Below are positions 24,263 through 38,900 of a stretch of 64,000 nt of DNA, in pieces. The notes beneath the pieces are model-generated. The model had not been told where the DNA came from and searched no databases. It saw only the letters and a list, made by a program, of their open reading frames with translations. The stretch is from positions 372,001-436,000 of the forward strand of contig CM035353.1 in NCBI GenBank assembly GCA_020137815.1. Reading direction: 5' to 3'. The translations under genes were made by a program, and so were the position numbers. The stretch comes from Hormiphora californensis (taxonomy: Eukaryota; Animalia; Ctenophora). The number at the start of each line of letters is the position of its first letter. Position 1 is the stretch's first letter.

Positions 24263-24833
24263 CCAGCTTAACAATAACATAGACCTTAGAATTTGATTTA
24301 GGCCAGGAGTAGTGTGATATCCCTGTCGACGCCGTGCGGCTCTCGCCGCTCGGTGTCGCCAGTGGTTGACCACGGTCTTCCTGGAGCGTCTGAAGTAACA
24401 TGCTCTGCATAAACTGATTGGTGGGTGGCCTTGCTACGGCGGAGTGGAGGACGTGCTGGGGCGCCTAATAAGCGTGTTCAGTGCGGCCTCTAATACTTTC
24501 GGGCAGGTCATCCTCCAGACGCAGCAATCACAAACAAACAAAACAAACAAACCAGGTACATTAAAACACTACTGATTTATCTTTAATCTTTGTCCGATCG
24601 GGCCAAATGGGGTATGGAACATGTTTGTGACAGGTGCTGTTATAGTGGGAGGCTGTCTGGCTTACCTTACTCGCCGAGACAGAGTCGAGTAATACGATCG
24701 CCTCTATCTCACTATATCACCGAGATTAAACGAAACAAGGATTGAATAATAAGCAATGTGACACGCTTGTTTGCTTGTCGCCACTTAGACCGGCCTAAAC
24801 TATAGTATATTACCATTTAGCGGCCTTGGAGAC

Positions 24834-24922
<89 letters not shown>

Positions 24923-24933
24923 AAAGAAAGAGA

Positions 24934-25025
<92 letters not shown>

Positions 25026-25197
25026 GTTAGTAGAGTGAGCACGTGGCTCTCCTGGCCCATCGCTTCAACTTTTGTGCAAGTGGGGCGAGGGGAGAAAGAG
25101 GGTCAAGCAAGGCAAGCAATTCTCCATTGATCACCAAGTATAAAAGTGACAACTCAATTATATTCCAGGAGGTTTTTTCAAGCGGACCGATAACGCA

Positions 25198-28100
25198 ATG
25201 AGTCCGGGTGTGTCCTCCCTTAGCCTAACTGGCTCCGTTAACTCTTGGGATCAAATACAGGAGGATTTCAACGATCTAGTTGAAACGGTTGTGAAGGTTC
25301 GTGTGATTTTAATTTCTATCCGTTAGTGATTTTAATACATTTTAATAAGTTATGTCCTTTCATCTGTCACAATTAATCAGTTAATTATGATTAGTTGACG
25401 TAGCGCGCGGTGTCACTTTTATAGGAAATCGCGCGCGACAAAGGGGGCGGGGCAAGGGGAAACTCTAACTGAATGGCATCCCATTAATGGGATCCCATCA
25501 ACAGTAAAACTCTAACTGATAATGTACCACAGTGATGGTTCTTTCTCTGTATTCTCTCTGTGTGCGCGCCCGCGGCCGGGCATGCCCAATGTACTGCCTA
25601 CAGAGAGAATACAGAGATAGAACCATCACTGTGGTCCATTACCAGTTAGAGTTTTACTGTTGATGGGATCCCATTAATGGGATGCCATTCAGTTAGAGTT
25701 TCCCCCAAGGGGGCGGTACGATAGCAATGTGGTACGATTGCAAATCATTATTATCGGCTTGGTGATGGAAATTACCCCACCCCAATTATACTAAACCAAC
25801 TATAATGTTAGTGTAATCCCCGAAATGCAGGACGATAAAGGTTACGAGTACAAGAAGAAGAGTAGGAACATTATCGTGTGTATTATCATACCGATTCTAG
25901 CTGTGGTATGCTACTCTTGCTACCACATCTACCAGGGAAATGTGTCTCATGGACAGAGTAGGGCTAATCACAACCTGGTCAGGAGCAGCCAACAGGTATC
26001 ATGGGGGGGGGGGAGTGGTGAAACAACTTGGTGTGTTCAGGTTTTGTCTAACACAATCAAGGCAAATATTCATTTGCCCCAGACGTCGTCCAGTATGGGC
26101 GGCGTCTAGACGGAGTCAGACGCCAAGACGGGATTGAGACGTGCCGTTTAGACGTCTGATTTCGTCGAACACCGTCTAACTCTGTTTAAACAGGTAGAGA
26201 CCGTTTCAGACGGGCCGTCTATACGACACGTCTCAATCCCGTCTGACTCCGTCTAGACGCCGTCCAGACGGAAACCCCGTCTGGTCCTGGACGCCGACGA
26301 CGTCTGCGGCAAATGCATATTTGCCTGAACAATCAAGTACTAGGGTTAGAACAAACGGGTGAGCATTTGAAGAATTCTGCAGCTTTTATCACAAATGCAA
26401 AGGACAGCTTTACTTGCAATGCGAATATCATACACAGAATGTATCAAATCATTATCTAAGCTGTCCTCACGCATAGTTGGCAAACAAATGCAGTCATTTA
26501 CCGCATACCGCGGCTCAAACTCCATTTCCCCCGACAATGCCATGCTGGTAGATATAGAGATAACTTGCCTTGTTCGACCCTCCCTCCCCGAACAAAACAA
26601 GAGATAACAGCTATAAAGTAGATCTAACAAAACGCTATCCACCTGCAGTTTTCCAAAGCGGTGGAGGGGTTGAACGCCGAGATGTTGTGGACTATGATGT
26701 ATATTTATGGGAACCTGGATTATCCCGTGGTGGTAGTGAGTGATCTAAGAATTAAGAGCAACGAATCTCTAGGTATGAAATATATGATGGCACTACAGCA
26801 GCAGTGGGGGGCAACGTATCCTACCATTTGTCAGTGCTAATAAATCCAATATATAGGTTGGGAGGTGGTGTCAAAGTAAATGTACCTACCCCCCCCCCCC
26901 CCAATGTACCTACCCCCACCTACTCTGTAGCTCAAATTATACTAGATATATTATTTCGTATTAACGGGGTAGGATATAAGTTCAATATTCTTCGCCTTTC
27001 CAGCACTTATCTCAACGTGGCCGAAGACCCTCGAAACAAACTACGCCACAAAAACCCAGTTTTTGGATGACTTGGAGAGGCTGAGAGGACAAATCGATGA
27101 GTATGTTACTTTTCTCCTTCTTTCTTTTTTGTGATGCCGCAACGCTAAGGCTGCGGTCCTCGGGCGCTTCCAATAGGGTTTGGCTAATAATGCTCTGACA
27201 GTTTTTAACAGACACAAACACAAGTATAACAGTCGGACCCCGATTTAACGACCGCTTCCCCCGAGGGTGCCGTTAAATCTGGGTCCGACTGTATACATAA
27301 TATTATAACATTTACCATATAATATCTCCCTCTCTCTAGCAAGCAGCTGCGTGCGGAGGAGGCGTTTAAAGCATACCATATCATGATAAAGATAATCTAC
27401 GAGGGTGTAATCCAGTCTCTACAGGGCGGATCATTCTCTCTCGTCTGGAATACACTGGTAACTTATTAATTAATTAATTAATTAATTAAGAATGACCTGC
27501 TACTAGCAGTGCTAGGATATTAGAATACTACTCATTATGGGCCCGGGTGCTTGCCAGTGCTATGATCAGCTAATACATAATCCGCCCCTAGGTAACGTAC
27601 GAGACGATCATCTTCAGTCGATACCAACTGTTTCTTATTGAGAGTGTGGGTGTCATGTACTTTATGAACGGGACCATCTCCCTCGATATCCACAATCTCT
27701 TTATCGGGGCCCTCAAGGTATTTAAAATAAAAAGTTGGACCGGCAATAGGGGAGCCACAGGTAATATGGGATACCTAACAACTTTCGGCCATAATTTTTT
27801 TTCAGATGACAATAAAGTCACGCCGTCTTCATGGGTGTGTCTTATTTGGACCAGGCTAACACATTACCACCAAAACTAACCCAACGAATGCTCCATAACG
27901 GAGATCTGGCACTATCCCATATTACCTTGAAAATTTGCAGTGGAATTTTAGTTTGGTGAAATGGGATACCCATTTTTAACGAAAATGGGATATCCCATTT
28001 TATCAAAAAATTGGTATCCCATTTTATCAAAATTATTTTTTCGTCAGAATATGGTAACTTTATTGCACTTTGCTAGTTTTTAAAGGTATTTAAGTTTTGT

Positions 28101-31100
28101 TTATAGTTAGTAAGTGGTCTGAAGACTCCCGCTATAGCCGACAGCCGTGAAATCATGAAAAGTTAGGATCAATCTACCTAATTTATTCACCAACGGGTGG
28201 CTAAAGCCTCATTTAACACTACTAATTTCAAGAGAAGGGGTAAAAGCGTGAACAGGTTCATTTCCTAGCGGGGTGCTACCTGTATATAATTCCAGACAGG
28301 TCCAAAATTTAGAAATTCTAAAGAATTGGGGACCAAAGAGTTGATCGTTAACACATAAATGTGGAAAATATTTAGTAATTTTGCTAAACAAAGAAAGCTA
28401 CACGGATACCAGAAACCTTTTGGTGTCTATAATAGAAGATTAGATCAATGAGAATTGAATAATTATACCCACACGTGTAGTCGTATTCTGCAGTTTTCAC
28501 TCGGTGCATTTTTTTCAGAGAATACAAGTTTTTTTTTCGAGTTACGAGCGAAAATAGGCTTTATTAATAATCGTAAAGTTAGTTCTGAGAAATTTGCGTT
28601 TGAAATGGCCGTTTAAACAGCCAAAATTTCAGTATCCCATTTTTCCAAAACATGTTTTGGAAAAATGGGATAGTGAAATTTTGGTAAAATGGGGTATCCC
28701 ATTTCAGTAAAATAAAAGTATCCCATTATACCAAAATCATGAGTTTCTATAATTAGCTAATTATAATTAGACACGTTCATTCTGATGCTCTGATCTCTTC
28801 AGGTATCGCTAATAAATATCTTGCTCATAAACTATGCCGATCGATAGGTTCTCAAGGAAACAGAGACGTGTGTACCAAATGAAAAAAGTGGCCTGATTTT
28901 TCACTTTCCTTATTTTAAGATGACGAGGGTGCTGGTGTACCATCTAAACACTTCCCACCAAGGCTATAAACGGTTTCAGAACTAATCTGAGATCACTAAT
29001 AAGAGTTATTAACTATTTATGAGCCTGTAACATGGCCAATCTTTTCAAAACACCGATTTCCCATTTTACCAAATTTCCCATATTACCTGTGGCTCCCCTA
29101 CTAATGTTATTATATAAGTCTACTGACCATGCTGCATGGTTACCATAGCAACTTATGGCAACATTGGCTATTGAACGGTTACACAATTGCAATATAGCAC
29201 ATTCAGGAACTGCAAGGGATGAGATTTGGCAAGGTATTCAGGCAACTAAAAGCTTGTCGAGGTTCAAATGACAGCTCTTTTAAAAGTTAAAGAGGCTCTT
29301 CACCGGTCGAGCGCTGCTCCCAATATATATAAAGCTCGTGTCAAGACGGGCACTACGGCTTCGTAATATATAACTAGCCCATGCGTTGACCATATTTGGG
29401 TATAAAGAATTAATATAAGCTCTCTCTCATAGCAGCTTGTGGCTTTGACAGATATGTTGAGTGGTCTTGGATTTATCCGAGACTTTATAGTTGTAATGCG
29501 CCAGTACAGAAGCAATTTAGAGAACCATTTAACAACTACTGGGCTCCATTAAAATGATCATATCTCATCAAAAAATAGGTCAAATGGTTCAGACAAAAGA
29601 ATTGTCATGCGACTCCTTTCAGCTACACGATTACTCTCTACAATTCTCTCAAATATACGGTGGTGACTCTATCAGATCCAAGATTTACTCTTCTCTCTTC
29701 AAGTACAGGTCAGCCATTTGATTATGTCCCACGTGATACCACGTACCCCGGTGTCCCAGATTGAGGATTTTGGGATTATCATTGCTGTCGGGTATCCCGG
29801 TAAATCGGGTTATGCCTGTATTATATATCTCCTTAGCTTAATTGACAGGATACATTATATATATATCTGAACTATATTAATTCTCTTTATTCAGTGGTGA
29901 TCTGCGGACTTTACTGAAACAGATCCGAGACAATGACCCAGTGGAACAATCACACAAGACCGCACTCTTCTGGATAAACATTGGAATGAGCTATGACGAG
30001 GTTAGTGTTTGACAGAGGGTTAACTATATGTATTGAGAATATAGGTAACGATTGGCCTTTGAGAGGGACTTGGTCTTTGGATAAGGTACCTAGCTTGACT
30101 ACATGATGTTTTATAGAGTTAATATTGTATTGCATATCAAAAAGGAGTCATATGTTTCCGATTTTTCGAATATATATCATCTTCAACACACGTCTCCCCA
30201 TATTTCAGCATATCAAGTCGATTCAAGACAGCGTGGCAGCAATCGTTAACGAGAAGATGACATCCCTTATTAACAAGGCCATTTTATACCAATACGCAAC
30301 TGAGGTACCTACACATTTATTCCTCTACAGCTAGGAGGCAGATCAAACAGCCTGGCTCAAAAGTCCAGCCTCCCTCCCTGGTAGTTGGGTGGCACCCATG
30401 TTGGGGCAGCTTCCCCTAACACCCTCCCCCCCCCCCCCCTAACACCCATGTTGGGGCAGCTTCCCCTAACACCCCTTAAGAGCTGTACACCTCGGCGAAA
30501 TTTTTGTCGAGTGCCCGCTTAGCTCTCCATATGGGGTTGTAGGGCATGCCAAGCCGACCTCCCTAACACCCTCCCCCTAACACCCTCCCCCTAACACCCC
30601 TTCTCCTAGGTGGTGTTGATCGTGCTCTGTCTGGTATTGACAGTCTTTGCGGTGATAGACATTAGGAAGATCAAACAGATTTACCTCTACCTGAAATCGC
30701 AGAGTGAACGGACCAAGGCTACCATGAAGGTGTTAAAGATGCAGAAGGATATGAGTGAGGCCCTTCTTTTTAGGTAATTCATGGGTACTAAACTGTGTTA
30801 ATTATGCTTGGTTACGAAATAACCCCTCCCTTTCCCGCGGGGTTATTTTGTAACCAAACATACTGAAGTGTACTAAACTGCATGTTATTGCAGGATGATG
30901 CCGTATTGTGTGGTAAAGGAGATGAGGCGATGTCGGGAGAGCAACACCCCCTATGTGGGCAGTTACCAAAGTGCCACCGTCCTATTCGCCGATCTCGCAG
31001 ACTTTCAAGTAGGTTAATTGTTGTCGCTCAACAAAGCTGGGCACAAAGCTCCATGTGGAGAGATATTTTGATACAATATGTTATATGTTATATTTAGCTA

Positions 31101-31599
31101 AATGCGGGGACGACCACCTTATTTAGTTATTTATTCTCTATGAAATATCAATATAGCTCTGTGCCTTAGCAACTCAGGTCACACGCTTCCCCCGCCCCTA
31201 TAGATTTTAGAAGACAGCAGTTCAGTACAGTCGGACCCCGATATACCGGGATGCTCGGGGGAAGGGTTTTTAATTTCCTATATCGGGGGAATTTTATCCC
31301 AGTAAATCGAGGTTCCGGTAAATCGGGGTCCGACTGTACTTCCTCCGCCACTAGGAGACAAATTGCACTGACAAGTTACTAACACCATCCCTCCCACAGC
31401 GTCTAGCTGCCCGAGACATGAGCACTGACAAGTTGCTAACACCTTCCCTCCCCCAGCGTCTAGCAGCCCGAGACATGAGCCCCTTCGCGTATGTTCGGTT
31501 CTTGGAGGCCTTCTACACTCGCATTGCTGAGGTCCTCGAGTCGCACAAGGTATAAATACACTGTCAGGATCTCTCTGTCTCTGTCTCTCTGTCTCTCTC

Positions 31600-31687
<88 letters not shown>

Positions 31688-33198
31688 AGTATCTCTCTCT
31701 CTCCTAACAGGTCAATGAAATAGAGACAGCTGCTGGGGAGTGTCTGGTGGTCAGTGGATTACCAGACAGGAGTCCTACGAGCAAGCACTGCGCTGAGGTA
31801 TTTAAATCATGTTTGTCGATCTCCTGAATTCTTCACAGTTCACAGCCTGATTACAGGGCAGCTCTTGCAGTACACAGTTGCCACAGCCAATAAATTTCTT
31901 CTTTCCACAGATAGCTCTCACTACACAGCTGCCACAGCCAATAAATTTCTTCTTTTCACAGATAGCTCTCACTGCCCTGGGGTTACGAAGTGTGATGTGT
32001 AGGGGTCTACAGTTGGGTGTGCACGGGGATTTTGTTTGCTTTCGGCTCATCCAGGGAATTGCTTCAGGTAACTTATTTCGAGGCCAGAGCCTTCTAAAGT
32101 TGTTGAACACTAGAAGTAAAATAAACTATATCTCTCCTGACTCACGTACCTAATTGCATGTACCCCAACCCAACTCACCCACTACTTCTTCCATGGGGCC
32201 TCAACCCTACCCAGCCCAATCCTGATAGTATAGTACTATACTATTAGTACCCTGCAACTCACGGCCCCATTATGATCCTTCCAGGGCCATAATTATGATC
32301 CTTCCAGGGCCGTGTGCAGCAGGGATTATTGGGGTGAAGTTGCCCCGTTTTTGTGTGTTCGGGGACACCGTGAACACCGCAGCCCGGATGAAATCCACCT
32401 GCCTGGGGATGAGGATACAAATTACTGACATTTGTAGTTTCATCCTGGAGGAGGGATTTGTTATTTCTCGTCGTGGCATCATCTTTGTCAAGGTCAGTTC
32501 ATCATATTAAGTTATGACGTCATGTGACGTCATCTGATGACGTCATTACGTAAAGAAAGGGAGCTCCTTTTTCTGGTCCTAGGTAGCTGCAATTGCGATT
32601 GAATCAGTTAATTGATAACAATGGTTTCAGGGTAAAGGTGAGTTAGAGACACACTGGTTGATAGGGGAGAGGAACACAAACGATGATATCCAGCGGTATA
32701 CCAACAAAAACAACCCTGCCCTGGCACCCAACTCCACAGACAGCCAAGCATCCACAGCTGCTGCACCACCTGTTGTTGCCACACAGCAGTCAAACGTCCC
32801 GTAAGTACTGTCTGCATGTAGAAGTGTGCTCTCTCTTTCGTTTTGAGTTAAAGGGTACTTCCAGTTCTAAGGTGCCCCCACACCCCCCTTTGGGAGCCGG
32901 GGACACTTGCCAGTGCTATGATGTGTCAATGTTCATATCCCTGGCAGCTCTTTTTAACTGCAACAATAACAGTTTCATGTGTTTCAGTAATGTTAAGTCA
33001 GTGACACCGACCCCTGGCAGCGGTACAGCTTCTGCCGTTCCCAAGCATATGGTCCAGGGTAATCAGAGGACTGGAGGTCTGAACAGCAGTTCGTCACCCT
33101 CAATCGACACTTCCCCCGGCACCATGACAACGACAACACCTGCTGGCGCTACACTACAAACCCCTGCTTATTCTACCGCCTCAGCGGGACCTTATTAG
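25198..33198 (+). CDS. multi-exon membrane guanylate cyclase, TM-NIT-like-TM-coiled coil-cyclase
   Basis: GT-AG exons join in frame: TM1 [16 protein letters not shown] (~25870); 27340-27457 and 27592-27717 VWNTLVTY...[12 protein letters not shown]; [21 protein letters not shown] (~29970-30240); TM2 [16 protein letters not shown] (~30611); cyclase [56 protein letters not shown]. Exons at 26.3-27.2 kb not fully resolved; span includes introns. Confidence 0.88.
25456..25705. mobile_element. palindromic MITE (possible 3-bp TSD caa)
   Basis: near-perfect ~115-bp arms ggggaaactctaactgaatggcatccc... Confidence 0.8.
26059..26328. mobile_element. MITE with imperfect TIRs
   Basis: aggcaaatattcatttgccccagacgtcg / cgacgtctgcggcaaatgcatatttgcct; acaatca near both flanks. 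Confidence 0.7.
27749..29098. mobile_element. TA-TSD non-autonomous DNA transposon in a cyclase intron
   Basis: perfect 23-bp TIR ggggagccacaggtaatatggga, TA flanks, repeated tatcccattt subterminal motifs. Confidence 0.88.
31228..31336. mobile_element. CAGTCGGACCCCG MITE (Tigger/Tc1-like, TA TSD)
   Basis: TIR cagtcggaccccgat; other copies at 27230-27291, 41510-41591, ~54049, ~56110, ~60001-60135. Confidence 0.85.
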
Positions 33199-33758
33199 TA
33201 CTAATTAGTGTACTAATTATAGTGTATTAATTAGTGTACTAATTAGTATAAACATGCAGAGCTGTGCGAACACGTTGCATAACCAGACAATGCTACAAAC
33301 TGTATTTAATTAAACTGTGTCAAATTCATCCGGGTCTTGGATATTGTATACTTAATTTGTTAGGACACAAGTCACTATAATTTAGTAGTATAGGGCAGCT
33401 CAGTAGAGCTCCCCATTTGTTGCCGTCTGCTGGTAATAAGAGTCCGGACTTTGTGTTTAAATTGTGCAACGGGTGTTCATTTTAGATCTTTTCTAAGTTC
33501 TGGATTGAGATCAGAAACTCAAATGAACTGTCACTGACAGTTCATTTCAGTTTCTGTCTGTCAGAACTCAGAGCTTTGGCCTGAAATTGTCAGTGACAGG
33601 AAATGAACGCCTTGTACAAATGAGAGTTGTTAAGATTATTGGCTAACTAATTGATATTGATTATGTAGATTTCGTTTGGTATTGTTATTAGTAGCTTGTA
33701 CAGATTGATTAAATTATAAAACAATCAAAAAAATGTTTTTAAATTTGTACAAAAGGAA

Positions 33759-33830
33759 GGGCTCAGCCGGGATTCGAACCCGGGACCTCTCGCACCCAAA
33801 GCGAGAATCATACCCCTAGACCACTAAGCC
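33759..33830 (-). tRNA. tRNA-Pro (TGG)
   Basis: ggcttagtggtctaggggtatgattctcgctttgggtgcgagaggtcccgggttcgaatcccggctgagccc folds into a cloverleaf; T-run downstream. Confidence 0.97.
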
Positions 33831-35133
33831 GCTGGTAATTCTGCAATTGGAAGATATTTATATTGTATGCTGTGCTACGCTGCCGAGATATCATGAGATC
33901 ACCCTTGTTATAGTTACATATACATGTCCTGCGATACGTGCATATAGTACACATGTTGCATCTTTGACGGTAATACAACTTGTGTTCAACTTGTACATTA
34001 TTACCGGCAAAGTATGTACAACGAATATGTGACGGAAATGAATATAACCACAGTGGGGAGGAAGGGTCGAACAACTAACAAGGCAATTGCAAACCACAGC
34101 TGTTGTGTGGATTTTATACCCAGATACGGGATAAGCAGATGGGTCATTCATTGAATGAGTTTCAGTTGGAGTCAAATTGAAAAAACTCAGTTCACAAAGT
34201 GAAAAAGTAAAAAACTGTTAACCTACAAAAACACACTGCCATTACATGTTAATAGAAGCCATTGCCAGCAAATTGTTTCATATTTTAGCCCCCTCCCTAA
34301 AATAAAATCCCTCAAACCACAACCAAATTGTTTTCTTCTTCTTTTACAAACATGACAGTTTTCAAATCAGTTCATTTCTCATATTTTCTTTTCATCATTT
34401 TCTGTTTCACTGAAACTTCCATCATTTGACATCCCCATCCACCACCACACAGCCGCCAGTTAGAACTGCACAGGTTTGTTGTCGTATGGGACATACCAAT
34501 CCCACCAGTCAGACATCTGCACTCTCTTTTTCTCAGCCTGAGGGGGGAGGTGTGGTTACTAGATGGTTGTGGGCCCCGATATTGTTATAGAACAAGACAT
34601 TGGCATCCTGCTCAGATATATCGAGAGTTTGGTGACATGGACACATGTGAGAGATCGAAGTCGTGAAGCGAGAATAGGTGGCAATGGTACCAAATCGAGG
34701 CAATCAAGGCAGGGGAAGGGATACAAAGTTATGGAAACACCCTTTACTTACCCTGTATAAATCTTCTCTTAGTCCTATGATGGCTTTAGACCGCTCCTTC
34801 GTCTTTGTATCCCAAGTCTTCTGTAACCTCCTTCTTTTACGCCTGAATAAAATATTGGATATATGTTACAGTGGTCATCCGACATAATCCGACTTGGGAT
34901 TCGACGTGAAACAAATTAAATCAAAAATCAGATTGATAAATTTCGACAGTCACTCTAGAGTAGGACAAGCTCTGAAGTGTTGTCCTAACCTAATTCTCTG
35001 TGTGATTTGAGGCTTGGGTCGGTTGTTAACCACCCGTTCCCTGTGAGTCCCCTTCTGCCGCATTTTCACTGTTTCTCTTTTGACAAGAGGATCTTGTACC
35101 ACGGTCCCGGGGCTATCCTGAAAGGAAAGGGGA

Positions 35134-35174
<41 letters not shown>

Positions 35175-35929
35175 GTTGGTTGGTTGGTTGGTTGAAAATA
35201 TAAAGTTGAACTCAAACAATAAAATAAAACAGTCTATAAAAGAGTTTTTGAGTCCGGCCCCATGCGAGGAACATCCATCACTACAAAAACACACAAATAA
35301 ATCACACAAAATAATGTTCCACATGCTTGTAGGGCAGGTGGTTCCGTAAAGCAGATGATGAGTCCCATGGAGTGAAGTGTGGGAAAGGAAAGGGATAAAC
35401 CTGAAAAAGCTAGATTGGGAAGAACCTGTAGGGGAGTAAGCTAAGGGAAGAGATATTTGCAAGGAATAATTCCTTACAAATATCTCGGGTTACGTGTTAG
35501 GTGTTAGGGTTACTTGGTAGAATAAATTAAGACAAATTAAAGTCCTATAGTAATTAACGATAGACAAAAATCAAGCAGCCTGCGAGCGAAAAGGTGGGCA
35601 AAACAGATGGACTTACCGACCATACACACGTATTAAAAAAGGAAACAGACACGTAGGTGATGGTGGGAAAGCGAGGTAGCAGAGTAAATGAATCTTCAAA
35701 TCGACATAAACACATAGATGGTATGCACTACCACATAAAACATGATCAGCAGAACACTAGGTCAGTTGGGAAGTCAGGTACTGCTCTCGTAAAATCAGGT
35801 GTAGTCAAGTATGTCAGTACTCTCGTAAGAGCATGTGTAACCAAACAACGAAAAAATATGTCAAGGAACTGCAGTTCAAACTGTATCGGTACGAACACAG
35901 AGAGCTCGTTCTGTACATCTTTTCTGTAT

Positions 35930-38900
35930 TCAAATCTTGAGGTTCTCATCCACCCAGTTCATAGGGTCACCCATTTTTTGATTATCGAGTAGGATTCTTT
36001 TCATATTCCTGTTGAATGAGTGAGTGAAACAGCTTTGTGGTGAAAAATGGTTCCAGATCCTTGGACCAGCAAACAGATAGTTTACATCTAGATATTTGTG
36101 AAAACCCATAGGTGATATAGCAAGATTCGGTTTACGGGCCGAAAACCTAATTTTATCATCACTCAATATTTTAGAACTATGCACCTCTTTAAGAACTGCA
36201 AGAAAATAGAGTTGGTAAACATTAAGGATATTGTGTTGATTGAAAGTAGGCTTGGTACTTGGTTTACCATAGACACCATGAGGTGTCTTAAGCGAGAAGA
36301 TACATCTGAGAGCATTTTTCTGTGCTTTAAAGATAGGTAATAGTTTGTTATACGCACCATTGCTACCCCAAACACTCAGACTGTAGTTGATATGTGACTG
36401 GAATATTGCATGGTATACTGGAAGCCGCAAGTTATTTGGCAAGGACTTGCGAAGACGATAGATGGAACCCATGTTACGATGCAATTTGGAGGCCACTGAG
36501 TTAATATGGGCTTCCCACGTTAAAGATGTTGATATTTCAACACCCAGAAACTTGAATTGTTTGACTTGTTCGATAGGGGTACCATTGAACATGAAATTGA
36601 AAGAGGATGGAAAGTTGATACTCTGTGGGGTGGAAAAGTGCATAAACTTGGTTTTAGCTATATTCACATGTAGATAGTTTGCATCAAAATAGTCATTCAG
36701 AGAATTCATCAAGCTGTTAATACATAGCTGTACATCAACCTTATTTTTACCTGATATGAATATACTAGTATCATCAGCGAATAGGATGAATTTTGTTGAG
36801 CATGTTTTAGATGAATTTGTGATGTTGACCAAATTGTTAATGTACAACAAAAATAGCAGGGGACCCAAAGTAGATCCCTGTGGTACACCATAAGAAACAT
36901 GCCCAGGTGATGAAATACAGTTACCAATTTTCACCCTCTGTGTCCTATCTGACAAGTAGCTTTTAAATAACTGAAGAACACAACCGCGGATGCCGTAGTG
37001 TTCCATTTTCGCTAAGAGTATATCATGATGCAATGTGTCAAATGCTTTGGATAGATCCAAAAAAAGACCAAGGGTGTGAAAGTTGTGGTCGAGGCTTTCA
37101 GCAGCAAACCCGATACCCTCCTGTAAGGCATTGGTGGTGGATAGGCCTTTTCTGAATCCATATTGAGAGCTACATAACACTTTGTGGTTAATCAGAAACT
37201 CTGTAACTCTCTTATGGATACACTTCTCAAACAATTTTGAAATAATCGGTAAAAGAGAGATGGGCCTATAGTTGGACAAACAGTTAGTGTCACCACCTTT
37301 GTAAAGTGGATGAATCGTGGCTTGCTTAAGTTCATTAGGAAAAACACCAGCTACCATACATTTGTTAAATATGTTGGCAAGGTCGATCGAAAATAACATG
37401 TTAAGGTGTTTCAAACAATCAGAGGAGAAATCCGCCGATTTTTTGGGCTTTAATCCCTTAATGAGATTCGAGATCTCATCAGCCGACACCGGCACTAAAA
37501 ACAAAGAATTATTGACACGTTCAGACATGAAATTACTATAAAGATTGTGATTGGGTTTGGTTGTACCATATTTGTGCTTGTTAAGATTTATGGCAACAGA
37601 TGTAAAGTGATTATTCATACCATTAACAATAACATTCATATCTGTAACATCTTGGTTATCAATAGAAACACAACTTGGATATATAGCCTTACTACCTTTA
37701 TTACCTCTGATTTCATTTATTACAGCCCAACATTTCTTGATGTCATTATTACACTCAACAAATCTACACGTAAAATAATCATCTCGAGCTTTCACTATGA
37801 GGTCACGTAAAACTGCTCGATAGGAACGATACTGTGTAGCAGCAACCTTTTCATGAGGTGTACCTCTAGTTTTTACCCAAGTTTTATAAAGTAAAGATTT
37901 GGTGCGACAAGCTTTTGCCAAAGAGGGAGAGACCCAGGGTTTGAAAATGTGATTTCTCTGGTTAGTAATGGTCTTTCTTTTACAAAGTGCTTATCATACA
38001 GTAAAACTAATTGAGAGTAGTAATGGGAAAATGATTGGGAGATATCATCGATCGCGTCATTTACTACAATCGAGTTAATGTAGGGGGTACAATGTAGTTC
38101 ATAATCGTTTCTAAAGTTGATTAGGGAAGCCGAGGAGAAGTCAGTAGAGACTATAGTTTTAGGCCCCGGATCATCATTCACAAGGTAGGGGTCAGGGAAA
38201 CAACAAAGAGTGGGTACATGAGTAGACACACCTAGGGAAGATATAGTATGAGAGCTACAATCGTGAGAAATAATATTTGACCATGTTTGGTCGATCAGAG
38301 TAGAAGAAGTATTGGTATAGTTTGTAGCTCTACTAACCATGGGTACTAAACCAAAACTATTAAATAGGTCGAAATAACGACGAACATTGGATGAGTTATC
38401 CAGTTTAAACAGGTTCATGTTAAAATCGCCCGTTAAAATAACTTTAGTAGTACAAGCTTTTTTAAGCAAGGTCTCAATCTCAGTTAACCAAGTTTCCCAA
38501 TCCGTGCCTATGTGGTAACGGTACAAACAAATCAGATTCAAACTCTGACCATTTGAGAGTTGTACGGTGCCACCGTAACTCTGGAATGATCTATTGTTAG
38601 TAATGAACGGATGATAGGGAGAAAAGTTGACATTGTTTTTTAAATACATAGAGATACCCGAGCCCTTTACTTTCCCGGTAGTATTCAGTGTGTGATACGC
38701 CTTGTAACCTGGCATGTGGTATACATTTGTGTTTTCACCTGGAGTAAGATTTGTCTCACAAAAAGTAAAAGCTGTGGGACGGTTGTCTCCCTCACCAGAG
38801 GGGTCAGAAAACATCTCACATCGAGTTACAAATTCATCGAAATTGGATTTAAACCCGTCTATGTTACAAGAAACTATTGCAAGATTGTTACCACTTATAT

